Source of the DNA: Squalus acanthias
Lineage: Eukaryota
DNA: 64,000 nucleotides
NCBI GenBank assembly: GCA_030390025.1
Contig: JASTWF010000034.1
Span: 4,464,001 to 4,528,000 of the forward strand
Direction of reading: 5' to 3'
Under the pieces are notes generated by a model. It saw only the letters and a list, made by a program, of their open reading frames with translations, was not told the DNA's origin and did not search any database. The translations under genes and the position numbers were made by a program. Below are positions 1 to 12,590 of the stretch, piece by piece (the stretch's first letter is position 1; each line of letters starts with the position of its first letter).

Positions 1-257
1 TTTACAAATCTCTCTCACACACAGAAACACCAGCTTTCTCTCTCTCTCACACAAACACCAGCTTTATGTCTGTCTCTCTCTCTCTGTCTCTCTCTCTCAC
101 ACACACACACAAACACCAGCTTTTTATCTCTCTCTCTCACACAAACACCAGCTTGCTTTCTCTCTCTCTCTCTCACACAAACACCAGCTTTCTCTCTCTC
201 TCTCACACACGCACAAGTTTTCTCTTTCTCTCACACACACAAACACCAGCTGTCTCT

Positions 258-297
<40 letters not shown>

Positions 298-310
298 ACG
301 TTCTCTCTCC

Positions 311-355
<45 letters not shown>

Positions 356-574
356 CAGCTTTCTCGCTCTCACACACACAAGCATCAACTTTATCTCGCT
401 CTCAGTCACACACACGCACACACCAGCTTTCTCTCTCTCACACAAGCACCAGCTTTCTCTGTCTCTCTATCAGACACACACACAAACCAGCTTGCTTTCT
501 CTCTCTCTCTGTCTCTCACACACAGAAATACAAGCTTTCTCTCTCTCACACTCTCAGACACACAGAAACACCAG

Positions 575-617
<43 letters not shown>

Positions 618-800
618 GAAACAGCAGCTCTCTCTCACACGCACAAGCTTTCTCTGTCACACACGCACCAGCTTTCTCTCTCTCACACACATTCACACCA
701 TCTTTATATTTCTCTCACACACAGACACAAGCTTTCTCTCTCTCCCTCACACACACAAACTGCAGCTTTCTCTCTCTCTCACACATAGCAGCTTTCTCTT

Positions 801-834
<34 letters not shown>

Positions 835-1433
835 GAACACAGAAACTCCAGCTTTTTCTCTTTCTCTCTCTCTCACACAGCAGCTTTCTCTCTCTCACAC
901 ACCAGCTTTCTCTCTCTCTCTCTCTCTCTCTCTGACACACACAGAAACACCAGCTTTCTCTCTCTCTCTCACACACACAAACACAAGCGTTCTCTCTCAA
1001 ACACACATACAAGCTGTCTCTCGCTCTCGCTCACACAACCACCAGCTTTCTCTCTCTCTCTCACAAACACCAGATTTCTCTCTCTCACACAGACACACAC
1101 ACACAGAAACACCAGTATTCTCTCTCACACACACACACAGAAACACCAGCTTTTTCTCTCTCTGCCACACACAGAAATACCAGCGCGCGCTCTCTCTCTC
1201 TCTCTCTCTCTCACACACCAGCTTTCTTTCTCTCTCTCTCACACACAAACACAAGCTTTCTCACACACACACACACCAGCTTTTTCTCTCTCTCACACAC
1301 ACACCAGCGTTTTTTCTCTCTGTCACACAGATATACCAACTTTCTCTTTCTCTCACTCACTGCACACAAACACCAGCTTTCTCTCTCTCTCTTACACACA
1401 CAAAAACTCCAGCTTTCTCACACGCGCACAAAC

Positions 1434-1470
<37 letters not shown>
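1..1470. repeat. Compound (CT)n/(CA)n minisatellite with recurring core acaccagctttc
   Basis: Repeated tctctctc-acacaca(g)aaacaccagctttc units. The overlapping ORFs are only SL/HT/ER dipeptide runs. Confidence 0.95.
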
Positions 1471-3050
1471 CAGCTTTAGCAACTTTAAAAGTGGTTAACT
1501 CCCCAGGTCTGGATGAAATGTATCCCAGGCTGTTGAGAGAATCAAAAGAGGAAATGGCAGATGCCCTGACCATCATTTTTCCAATCCTCTCTGGCTTCAG
1601 GTGTGGTGCCGGAAGACTTGTGTCCTGCCATTGGTTAAAATGGGAGGAAAGGAAAGACCGAGTAATTACAGGCCAGTCAGCCTAACCTCGGTGGTGGGCA
1701 AATTATTGGAAACAATTCTGAAGGACAGGATCAATCTTCATTTAGAAACACGGCTTAATCAAGGATAGTCACACGGATTTGTTAAGGGAAGGTCGTGTCT
1801 GACACACTTGATTGAAGTTTGAGGAGGTAACAAGGAGGGTAGATGAGGATGGTGCATTTGATGTAGTGTATATGGACTTTACCAAGGCTTTTGATAAGGT
1901 TCCACATGGCAGACTGGTCATGAAGTTAAAAGCCCAAGAGATCCAGGGAAAACTATCTAGTTGGATTCAAAACTGGCTCGGAGGCAGGAAGCAGAGGGTA
2001 ATGGTTGATGTGTGGTTTTGGGACTGGAAGGCTGTTTCCAGTGGGGTTCCGCAGGGCTCAGTACTAGGTCCCTTGCTTTTTGTGGTACATATCAATGATC
2101 TAGATTTGAATATAGGGGGTATGATTAAGAAGTTTGCAGATGATACTAAAATCGTCTGTTTGGTTGATACTGAAGAAGGAAGTTGTAGACTGCAGGAAGA
2201 TATCAGTAAATTGGGCAGGTGGGCAGAACAGTGGCAAACGGAATTCAATCCGCAGAAATGTGAGGTAATGCATTTGGGGAGGGCTGACAAGGAAAGGGAA
2301 TACACATTAAATGGTAGGACACTGAGTAGTATAGAGGAAGAAATAGACCTTGGAGTGCATGTTCACAGATCCCTGAAGGTAGCAGGCCAAGTAGATAAGG
2401 TTGTGAAGAAGGCATACGGAATGCTTGCCTTTATTAGCCGTGGCATAGAATACAAGATCAGGGGGGTTATGCTTCAACTGTATAAACCACTAGTTATGCC
2501 TCAGCTAGAGTACTTCGTGCAGTTCTGGTCACCACGTTACAGGAAAGATGTGATTGCACTAGAGAGGGTACAGAGGAGATTTACAAGGATGTTGCCGGGA
2601 GTAGAGAATCTTGGCTATGAGGAAAGACTGGATAGGATGGCTTTGTTTTCCTTGGATCAGAGGAGGCTCAGGGGAGACCTTATTGAGGTGTATAAAATTA
2701 TGTGGGGCCTAGATAAAGTGGATAGAAAGGACCCATTTCCCTCAGCAGAGGGCTCAAAAACCAGGGGGCACAGATTTAAAGTAATTGGTGAAGGCTTAGA
2801 GGGGATTTGAGTGGAAATTTCTTCACCCAGAGGGTTCTAGGTGTCTGGAACTCACTGCCTGAAAAGGTGGTAGGGGCAGAAATCCTAACCATATTAAAAA
2901 AGTACTTGGATGTACACTTGGGATGCTGTAACCTGCAGGGCTACGGACCAAGAGCTGGGAAGTGGGATTAGGCTGGATAGCTTTATAAATTGTCCGGCAC
3001 AGACACGATGGGCCGAATGGCCTCCTTCTATGCCGTATACTTGTATGATT
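1471..3050 (+). mobile_element. CR1 LINE, 5'-truncated (RT domain plus 3' UTR), frameshifted
   Basis: ORF 1812-2810 has DFTKAFDKVPH, SGVPQGSVLGP and KFADD. The 3' end is gggccgaatggcctccttct...tatgattc. Confidence 0.95.
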
Positions 3051-3209
3051 CCCTCTCTTGGTCCCTATTTCTCCATCTCTCTGTCCCTTACAGTCTGGGA
3101 GCAGTGACAGAGACACACGCAAGCCGTACAGCCAGAGACACCTGTCCCTGTAGACACATCGGGGGTTGAATTTCCACTGGAGTTCTCCAGATCACCCAAT
3201 GTAAGCTGT

Positions 3210-3725
3210 ATATTCCACTCTCCATCTCTCTCCCTCTCTAGTCACATCTCTGTATCTGCACATCCTTCTTTATATCTGTATCTCTACCAAGGTCTCTCTC
3301 TCCATCTTTCTTTATCACTTTCTGCAATGTTAATCTTTGCATCCCTTCATCTCCCTCTCTAATCTCCTCTGTATCTACATCTTTCTTGATATCTCTGCCT
3401 CTCCATCTCTTTCCCTGTATCTGCATCACTCTTTCTGTCTTTCTCTATATCTCCAACTCTGTATTTCTGCATCTCTCTCCCTAACTCTCTCTCTCTCTCT
3501 GCAACTCTCTCCGTCTCTCTTTGTTCATCTGTCTATCTCTTTCTACCCTTCTTTCTGTTTTGAATCTCTCTTTTTCTCTACCTTCTGGTCTCCGTTCCTA
3601 TCACTGGTTCTGGCTTCTTGTCTGGCTCTCTTATTCCCAATCTCGCTCCCTCTCGCACTCAGTTCTGCCCCTTTGTCCTCCTCGCTTTCTGTATCTCTGC
3701 TTTCTGCTCCTCAGTCCCTCTCACT
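3210..3725. repeat. Pyrimidine-rich (CT) low-complexity tract
   Basis: Almost entirely C/T with degenerate tctc/tgtatctc repeats. Confidence 0.8.
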
Positions 3726-4394
3726 AGGCTAGATGTTCACTTGGTGCCACAGTGTGAACCGGGATCCTGCGTTACATCTCTCCCGAGGTTTATTTCCATC
3801 GATGTAAAAATAGGGAGAGATATGAAACGGGCGGCTGATTCACAATCACCCGGTTTGTTCTGTAGCGCCAAGTCAAAACCTACCTCAGTGTTTCTTTCTC
3901 CCTCTACGTCTGTGCTCCCTGACTGACTCTGCCTCTCTCCTGTGGGTAAATGGAGTCCAAAGTCGACCAATGTTTGTGTGTCTCTTCGATGTTCAGGGGT
4001 AAGGGACAGTCAGCTCAGGTTTTGATTCCCTGTAACCTGATGGGGGGTTGGGTCAGGGATACATCTGGAGCTGGGATCGTACTGTGTGCAAAAGCTTGGG
4101 AATGCCAGTCAGCCTCTGCATGTCTCCATCTCTTGCTCCATGTCTGCCCCTCTGATCTCTAATCCCCCCCATCCACCCCATCTCAGTCGCTATCCCCCTG
4201 TATCCCCAGGCTTCTCAATCTCTCTCCAATTATTTTGGTTCCAGCCACTCACTATATAGCCACTGAGTGACTGTCGACAGCCAATTTGTGTTTAGTGCGG
4301 GGGGAATATTTTAGAGTTTGTATTTGTCTGGACATGAATGAAACCAAATTAAAGAGGATAGTGAGTTGGAGCCACACCAGGTAAGTGAGTCACA

Positions 4395-5320
4395 CAAGGG
4401 GCAAACTAGAGATTCACCAGCAGGGGGGAGCGAGATTGACAGGGCGGGGGGGTGAAGATTATACATGGATGGAGATACATGGGGGTCTTATATAGGGAGG
4501 CTGTGGAGTTTCACCAGCAGGGGGGAGGGAGAGTGACAGGGCGGGGGGATTATACATGGATGGAGATACATGGGGGTCTTATACAGGGAGGCTGTGGATT
4601 TTTACCGGGGCGTGGGGTGGAGTTTCACAGAGGGAGAGATATACAGGCCGAAGTGTACAGGGAGAATTATACAGGGGCAGTTATTGTACAGCAGTAGCAT
4701 ATGGGTGGATTATACAAGGGTTGACGAGTGAATTATACGGGAGGAGAGGGGTGGAGATAAGCGAGGGGAATTATACAAATGAGTGGAATTCACGGGGATT
4801 AAACGGGGCATTTCAAAGCGGGGAAATTACAAGTGGTGATTATATGTGGAGTTTCACTGGCGGGAGATTTCCGAAGGTGTGTAGTATGCAGGGATATTAT
4901 GGGGGGGGGGGTGGGGGTTGGGGAGTTTAATGGGGTGTAGTATACCAGGTGGTGGAAGATTCACAGGGGAATAGTATACAGGGGAGCGAATATTCACAGG
5001 TTTATAGTATACAGGGTGTGTCACAGGGGGTAAAGTTTACTGGGGGTGTCACGGGATATCGTATACAGTGGGGTGTCACATGGGTATAGTATATTGGAGG
5101 GTGTCACGGGGGGTAAAGTATACAGGGGGTTTCACGGGATGTAATATACAGGGTGGTGTCACGGTTTAAAGTATATGGGGGCTGTCACGGGATACAGTAC
5201 ACAGGGGGGGTGTCACGGGATATAGTACACAGGGGGGTGTCACGGGATATAGTGTACTGGGTGTGTCACGGGGGTCTAGTATACAGGGCTTGTCACAGGG
5301 GTATAGTGTACAGTGGGTAT
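4395..5320. repeat. G-rich ~24-26-bp minisatellite (gggggtgtcacgggtatagtatacag), degenerate at its left end
   Basis: Tandem units are visible. The same repeat resumes at 11026 after the CR1 insertion. Confidence 0.85.
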
Positions 5321-5397
5321 CATAAGAACATAAGAAATAGGCGCAGGAATAGGCCACTTGGCCCCTCGAGCCTGCTCCTCCATTCAATAATATCATG

Positions 5398-5568
5398 ATG
5401 TGGAGATGCCGGTGTTGGACTGGGGTGGACAAATGAGGAAGTCGCACAACACCAAGTTATAGTCCAACAGCTTTATTTGAAATCACAAGCTTTCGGAGCT
5501 GCTGGTCCGAAAGCTTGTGATTTCAAATAAAACTGTTGGACTATAACCTGGTGTTGTGCGACTTCTCA
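5398..5568. mobile_element. Penelope-like element terminal fragment forming an inverted repeat, with a 13-bp TSD
   Basis: caataatatcatg is duplicated at 5385-5397 and 5569-5581. Arms 5438-5497 and 5506-5565 are reverse complements (58/60). It shares the terminal sequence tgtggagatgccggtgttggactgggg with the element at 51726. Confidence 0.8.
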
Positions 5569-6656
5569 CAATAATATCATGGCTGATCTAGGGCTCAAAG
5601 CCACTTCCCAGCCCGGTCCCCATAACCCTTCACTCCCTTATCTTGCAAAAATGTGTCTATCTCCACTTTAGATGTATTTAATGACCCAGCCTCCACAGCT
5701 CTCTGGGGCAGAGAATTCCACAGATTTACGAACCTCAGAGAAGAAGATCCTCCTCATCTCAGTTCTAAAAGGGCGACCCTTTATTCTGAAACTATGCCCC
5801 CGTGTTATAGATTTCCCCACGAGGGGAAACATCCTCTCTACATCTACCCTGTCGAGCCCCTCAGTATCTTATATGTTTCGATAAGATCACCTCTCAATAT
5901 TCTAAATTCCAATGAGTATAGGCCCAGCCTGCTCAATCTTTCCTCATAAGTCAACCCCCTCATCTCTGGAATTAACCTAGTGAATCGTCTCTGAACTGCC
6001 TCCAATGCAAGTATATCCTTCCTTAAATAAGGAGACCAAAACTGTACGCAGTACTCAAGGTGTGGTCTCACCAATACCCTGTACAGTTGTAGCAGGACTT
6101 CCCTGCTTTTATACTACAACCCCCTTGAAATAAAGGCCAACATTCCATTTGCCTTTTTCATTACTTGCTGTTCCTGCATGCTAACTTTTTGTGTTTCATG
6201 CACAAGGACCCACAGGGCTCTCTGAACTGTAGCATTTTGTAATCTCTCTCCATTTAAATAATATTTTTTTTTCCCTGCCAAAGTGGATAACCTCGCAATT
6301 TCCCACATTTTACTCCAGCTGCCAAATGTTTGCCCACTCACTTACCCTGTCTATATCCCTTTGCAGATTTCTTGAGCCCCTTGCACAACTTGCTTTCCCA
6401 CCCATCTTTGTATCATCCACAAACTTGGCTACATTACACTCGATCCCTTCATCCAAGTCATTAAAGTGGATTGTAAATAGTTCGGGCCCCAGCACCGATC
6501 CTTGTGGCACCCCACTAGTTACCATTTGCCAACCAGAAAATGACCCATTTATCCCGACTCTCTGCTTTCTGTTAGTTAGCCAATTCTCTATCCATGCTGA
6601 TATATTACCCCCAACTCCGTGAGCTCTTATCTTATTCAGTAACCTTTTATGTGGCA

Positions 6657-7620
6657 CATAAGAACATAAGAAATAGGAGCAGGAGTAGGCCAATCGGCCC
6701 CGCTCCGCCATTCAATATCATGGCTGATCTGATCCTAACCTCAAATCTAAAGAACACAAGAAGTAGGAGCAGGACCCGGCCACTCAGCCCCTGGGCCCGC
6801 TCCGCCACCCACAGGGCCTTGACCGATCCGAACTCAGCCTCATGTTCTATTTCCTGCCCGCTCCCCGTAACCCCTAATTCCCTTTACTTCTAGGAAGCTG
6901 TCTATTTCTGTTTTAAATTGATTTAATGATGTAGCTTCCACAGCTTCCTGGGGCAGCAAATTCAACAGACCTACTACCCTCTGAGTGAAGAAGTTTTTCC
7001 TCATCTCAGTTTTGAAAGAGCAGCCCCTTATTCTAAGATTATGCCCCCTAGTTCTAGTTTCACCCATCCTTGGGAACATCCTTACCGCATCCGCCTGATC
7101 AAGCCCCTTCACAATCTTATATGTATCAATAAGATCGCTTCTCATTCTTCTGAACTCCAATAAGTAGAGTCCCAATCTACTCAACCTCTCCTCATATTTC
7201 CACCTCTCATCCCCGGAATTAACCGAGTGAACCTTCTTTGTACTGCCTCGAGAGCAAGTATGTCTTTTCTTAAGTCTGGACAACAAAACTGTATGCAGTA
7301 CTCCAGATGCGGTCTCACCAATACCTTATATAACTGCAGCAATACCTCCCTGTTTTTATAATCTATCCCCCTAGCAATAAAAGCCAACATTCCGTTGGCT
7401 TTCTTGATCACCTGCTGCACCTGCATACTAACTTTCTGATTTTCTTCCACTAGGACCCCAGATCCCTTTGTACTGCAGTACTTTCCAGTTTCTTGCCATT
7501 AAGATAATAACTTGCTCTCTGATTTTTCCTGCCAAAGTGCATAACCTCACGTTTTCCAATATTGTATTGGAGCTGCCAAATCTCCGCTCACTCACCCAGC
7601 CTGTCTATATCCCCTTGTAG
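6657..7620 (-). mobile_element. 5'-truncated CR1 nested inside the RT of the older CR1
   Basis: Host sequence ...ttttatgtggcac (6656) resumes as (a)caccttatcgaatgcc at 7621, restoring AFDKVPHK. The insert has its own 3' tail at 6657 and RT C-terminal ORFs 6840-7450. Confidence 0.9.
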
Positions 7621-8340
7621 ACACCTTATCGAATGCCTTCTGGAAATCCAAATTCACCACATCCACTGGCTCACCCTTGTCCACCCTACTTGTTACATGC
7701 TCAAAGAACTCCAGCCAATTTGTTAAACATGATTTCCTTTTCCTAAAACCATGCTGACTCTGTTTGACTTCAGTATGTTTTTCTAAATGCCCTGCTACTG
7801 CTTCCTTAATGAAGCTCTCCATCATTTTCCCAACAACAGATTTTAGGCTAACTGATCTATAGTGTCCTGCTTTCTGTCTCCCTACTTTCTTAAATAGGGG
7901 TGTTACATTAGTGGTTTTCCAATCCGCTGGGAACTCTCCAGAGTCCAGGGAATTTGGGGATATTGCAACCAATGCATCCACTATCTCTGCAGCCACTTCA
8001 TTTAAGACCCTGGGATGCAGGCCATCTGGTCCAGGGGACTTGTCGTCTTTTAGTCCCATTATTTTACCGAGTACCATTTCCATAGTGATAGTGATTGTTT
8101 GTAGTTCCACACTCCCTGTGGCCCCTTGATTATCCATTATTGGGATGTTGTTAGTGTTTCTACAGTGAAGACAGATGCAAAATATTTGTTCAGAGTCTCT
8201 GCCATTTCCCCGTTCCCCATTATTAATTCCCCAGTCTCATCCTCTAAGGGACCAACGTTTACTTTAGCTTTCCTCTTCCTCTTTATATACCTGTAGAAGC
8301 TCTTACTATCTGTTTTAATGTTTCTTGCCAGCTTACCCTC

Positions 8341-9495
8341 CTAATTCACCTTCTCTCTCTTTATTTTTTTAGTCATCCCTTGCTGGTTTTTAAAAATTTC
8401 CCAATCCTCTGGTCTCCCATCAATCTTGGCAAAATTGTATGCCTTCGTTTTCAAATTGATACCAATCTTTACTTCCTTAGTTAGCCACGGATGGTGCTCC
8501 CTTCTCTTAATATCTTTCTTTCTCACTGGAATATATTTTTGTTGAGAGTTATGAAATAACTCCTTAAATGTCCGCCACTGCATTTCAACCTTCTTACCCT
8601 TTAATTTATTCTTCCAGTCCACTTTAGCCGGTTCTGCCCTCATGCCATTATAATTGCCTTTGTTTAAGATCAGGACACTGGTTTGGGATACAACTTTCTC
8701 ACCCTCCAATTGAATTTGAAATTCAACCCTGCTATGATCACTCTTTCCTAGAGGATCCTTTACTACAAGATCATTTATTAATTCTGGCTCATTACATAGT
8801 ACCAGATCCAAGATAGCCTGCTCCCTGGTTGTTTCCATTACATACTGTTCTAGGAAAACATCCCGGCTGCACTCTATAAACTCCTTGTCTAGGCTACCAT
8901 GGCCAATTTGATTTGTCCAATCAATATGGAGATTAAAATCACCCATGATTATTACCGTACCTTTTTTAAAGGCCTCCATTATTTGTTGATTTATACTCTG
9001 TCCAACAGCATTGCTGCTGTTCGGGACCTTTACACTACGCCCACCAGAGACGTTCTCCCGTTAATTTTATATCTCCAGCCAAACCGATTCTACATCTTGA
9101 TCTTCTGATACAATATCACTTCTCACCGCTGCACTAATCCCATCGTTTACCAACAAAGCCACCCCACCTCCCTTTCCTTTCTTTCTATCCTTCCGAATTA
9201 TTATATACCCTGGAATATTCAGTTCCCAGCCCTGGTCGCCTTGCAACCACGTCTCTGTAATGGCCATCAAATCATACCCTTTTGTATCTATTTTTGCTGT
9301 CAACTCATTTAACGTGTTACAAATGCTGCGTGCATTCAGATATAAAGCTTTTAACTTTGTCTTTTCATCATTTTTCCTTTTTTTGGCCTTTTTTTCTGTT
9401 ACACTCTTGTTTTTTAACATTCTGTCCCTTCCTGTCACACTCTGGTTATTATTTCCCCCATCTCTAGCCTGCTCTATTGCTTTCTCATTTCTCAT
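8341..9495 (-). pseudogene. CR1 ORF2 apurinic-type endonuclease domain (disrupted)
   Basis: LYLNARSI, AITETWL, GGGVAL, MGDFN, LDLVL and SDH motifs, spread across frameshifted ORFs. Confidence 0.9.
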
Positions 9496-9538
9496 TGACT
9501 TTTTATTTTCCCGTCACCTGGATCCTCCCCCCGAGTAT

Positions 9539-10490
9539 TTAGTTTAAAGCCCTCTCTACAGCCCTAGTTATTCCATTTGCCAGGACTCTAGCCCCAGCAT
9601 GGTTCAAGTGAAGCCTGTCCAAACGGAACAGCTCCCTCTTATCCCAGTCCTGATGCCAGTGCCCCACAAATGGAAACCCATTTCTCCCACACCAGTCTTT
9701 GAGCCACTCGTTCATTTCTCTGATCTTATTTACCCTGTGCAAATTCGCTTGTGGTTCAGATAGTAATCCAGAGATTAATACCTTTGTGGTTCTGCATTAT
9801 AATTTAGCCCATAGCTGCTCAAACTCTCTCAGCACAATCTCTTTCTTTGTCCTACCTATGTCGTTGGTATCTACGTGCACCATGACAACTGGATCTTCCC
9901 CCTCCCACTCCAAGTTTCTCTCCAGCCCAGAGGAGATGTCTTTAACCCTGGCACTGGGCAGGCAACCCAGCCTTCGGGACTCAGGCTCATGGCTGCAGAG
10001 AACAGTATCTATCCCACTCACTACACTGTCCCCAATCACTACAACATTTATTTTTGCTCCCACCACTTGAATGGCTCCCTGTACCATGGTGCTGTGTTCA
10101 GTTTGCTCAAACTCCCTGCAGTCCCAGGCCTCGTCCACACAGGGAGCAAGAATCTCGTACCTGTTAGACAAGGCCAAGGGCTGAGGCTCCTCCACCACTT
10201 CCTCCTGGAACCCAATACCTGCCTCGCTTGTAGTCACACCCTCCTGTCCCTGACCATGGGCCAAATTTGAGTTAATTATTCTAGTGGATGTGACTGCCTC
10301 CTGGAACATAGTTTCCAGGTAACGCTCCCCCTCCCTAATGTGTCACAGTGTCTGAAGCTCGGACTCCAGCTCATCAGCTCTGAGCCAAAGTTCCTCGAGC
10401 AGCCAACATTTGCTGCAGATGTGGTCACCCTGGACCGCAATGGTGTCCACGAGCTCCCACATGCAACAACAACAAAACATTGTCTGGTCT
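9539..10490 (-). pseudogene. CR1 ORF1: Cys-rich N-terminus, coiled coil and SGNH/GDSL esterase domain (disrupted)
   Basis: CCCCMWE...HICSKC then LEELWLRADELESELQTL. Esterase blocks VIGDS, VHVDTNDIG and DRLHLN. Confidence 0.85.
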
Positions 10491-10699
10491 CCCAACTCAA
10501 TTAATTAAGTAGTTTTGAAATTTGGAACGCTTATATCTTTTAATCTACACCAAGGCACTTAAATTTAGACGCTCAAGTTTGGAAAAAATTGCGAGAAATA
10601 GAGAAATACTCGCCAACCAATCACTTACCTGCTTTCTGGTGACGTGACACGTCGATTACTTTTTACTTGTTCACACTCACCGGTCCGTTGTATCTCAGC

Positions 10700-11025
10700 G
10701 TTTCCCGGGTTTTGAACTCTCCCGGGTTTTGATCCTCTCGCTCTGTTCCCGGGTTTTGAACTCTCCCGGGTTTTGGCGCTCTCGCTCTGCACCCGCTGCT
10801 TTTGAACTCTCCCGGGTTTTGGCGCTCTCGCTCTGCTCCTGCTGCTTTTGAACTCTCCTGGGTTTTGGCGCTCTCGCTCTGTTCCCGCTGCTTTTGAACT
10901 TCCTGGGTTTTGGCGCTGTTCCTGCTGCTTTTGAACTCTCCTGGGTTTTGGCGCTCTCGCTCTGTTCCTGCTGCTTTTGAGCTCTCCCGGGATTTGGCGC
11001 TCTCGCTCTGCTCCCACTGCTTTTA
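10700..11025 (-). repeat. ~46-bp CpG-rich tandem monomers at the CR1 5' end
   Basis: About 7 copies of ttttgaactctcccgggttttggcgctctcgctctgttcccgctgc. Confidence 0.85.
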
Positions 11026-12170
11026 ATATACAGGCGTTATCACGTGGGTATACTATACAGGGGATTTTCACGGGTCGAGTATACAGGGGTGGTGTCACGG
11101 GTTAAGTATACAGCGGGAGTGTCACTGGGGTATAGTATACAGGGGGGTGTCACAGGTGTATAGTATACAGGGGTTGTGTCACGCATATAGTATACCGGGT
11201 AGTGTCACGGGTTTAGCATACAGGGGTGTGTCACGGGTATAGTATACAGGGGATGTCACAGGGATATAGTATGTGGGGTTCTCAGAGGTTTAGTATATAG
11301 GGGGTGGCCTGAGTATAGTATACAGGGGACTGTCACGGGTATAGTGTACAGGGGGTGTCACGGGTGTAGTATACAGGGGGTTTCACGAATAGTATACAGA
11401 TGTGGTGTGACGGGTATAGTATACGGGGGCATCACGGGTATAGTATACGGGGGGTGTCACCAGGATGTAGTGTACAGGGGTTTTTACAGGTATAGCATAC
11501 GGCGGGGTGTGTATCACGTTGTATAGTGTACAGGGGGTGTCACGGGTATATTGTACAGGGGGTTTCACGGGTATATTATACAGAGGTGGTGTCACGGGTA
11601 TATTATACAGGATGGTGTCACGGGGTATAGTGTACAGGGGGTTTCACGGGTATAGTATACAGGGGGGTTTCACGGGTATAGTGTACAGGGGTTTTCACAG
11701 GGGTAGAGTATACAGGGCATGTCACAGGAGTGTAGTGTACAGGGGTTTCCACATGTATAGCATACAGCGGGGGTATCACGGGGTATAGTACAGGGGGTGT
11801 CATTGGTATAGTATACAGGGGCTGTCACGGGTATAGTATACAGAGGTGATGTCACAGGGGTATAGTATACAGGGCGTTGTATACGGGGTATATTTAACAG
11901 GAGTGTGGAAGTGAGTATCACGGGCATTACACAGGGCGTTGTATACGGGGGATATTTTACAAGGGTGTGGAAGAGAGTATCACAGGGGCTTTACACAGGG
12001 CGTTGTATACGGGAGATATTTTACAGGGATGATGGAGATAAACGGGGGCAGATTAGACAGCGGAGGGGATGAATTAACAGGGGGGATAAAAACGGGCAGT
12101 TCGGGGAGTTAGAGATACAGTTGGGGGGATAAACGGCAGGGCGGGGGACAGCCGGGAGGGGGGGTTAAAA
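11026..12170. repeat. G-rich ~26-bp minisatellite (continuation of 4395-5320), degenerating to the right
   Basis: Tandem gggggtgtcacgggtatagtatacag units. Confidence 0.9.
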
Positions 12171-12495
12171 GCCGCTGTTGGTGTGGGTTACAATCACAGG
12201 CGTTTACAATGCGGGTTAGATAAAGAGTACAGCTCCCTCTGCAATGTCCCATCAAACACTCCCAGGTCAGCTATAACAGGGGTTGGATACAGAGTAAAGA
12301 TCCCTCTAAACTGATCCATCAAACAGTCCCAGGGCAGGTACAGCCGTGTTAGATACAGAGTAAATTCCCTCTACACTGTCCCATCAAATACTCCCAGGGG
12401 CAGTATAGCACGGGTTAGATACAGATTAAACCTCCCTCGAAACTATCCCATGAAACACTCCCAGGGCAGGTACAGCACGGGTTATATACAGAGTA

Positions 12496-12590
12496 GGGTG
12501 GGAGGAGGCTCGTGTGGAGCAGAACCACCGGCATTGACCTGTTGGGCCGAATGGCCTGTTTCTGTGCTGTAAATACTATGTAATGTAATC
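12496..12590 (+). mobile_element. Short LINE/SINE 3'-end fragment
   Basis: gggccgaatggcctgtttctgtgctgta followed by a tatgtaatgtaat tail, resembling the CR1 3' ends in this window. It interrupts the 66-bp satellite. Confidence 0.65.

Larger units (their letters stand above)
5321..11025 (-). mobile_element. Near full-length decayed CR1 LINE (5' UTR, ORF1, ORF2, 3' tail) with two nested insertions
   Basis: 3' tail cataagaacataagaa at 5321; RT fragments at 5844-6655 and 7621-8137; APE endonuclease at 8341-9495; ORF1 at 9539-10490. About 4.5 kb remains after the nested elements are removed. Confidence 0.9.

Noticed and set aside
15..1399. ORFs up to 240 aa
   Set aside because: They are dinucleotide-repeat translations.
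10625..11098. 157-aa repetitive ORF on the - strand
   Set aside because: It is a translation of the 46-bp monomers and the adjacent minisatellite, with no domain-like sequence.
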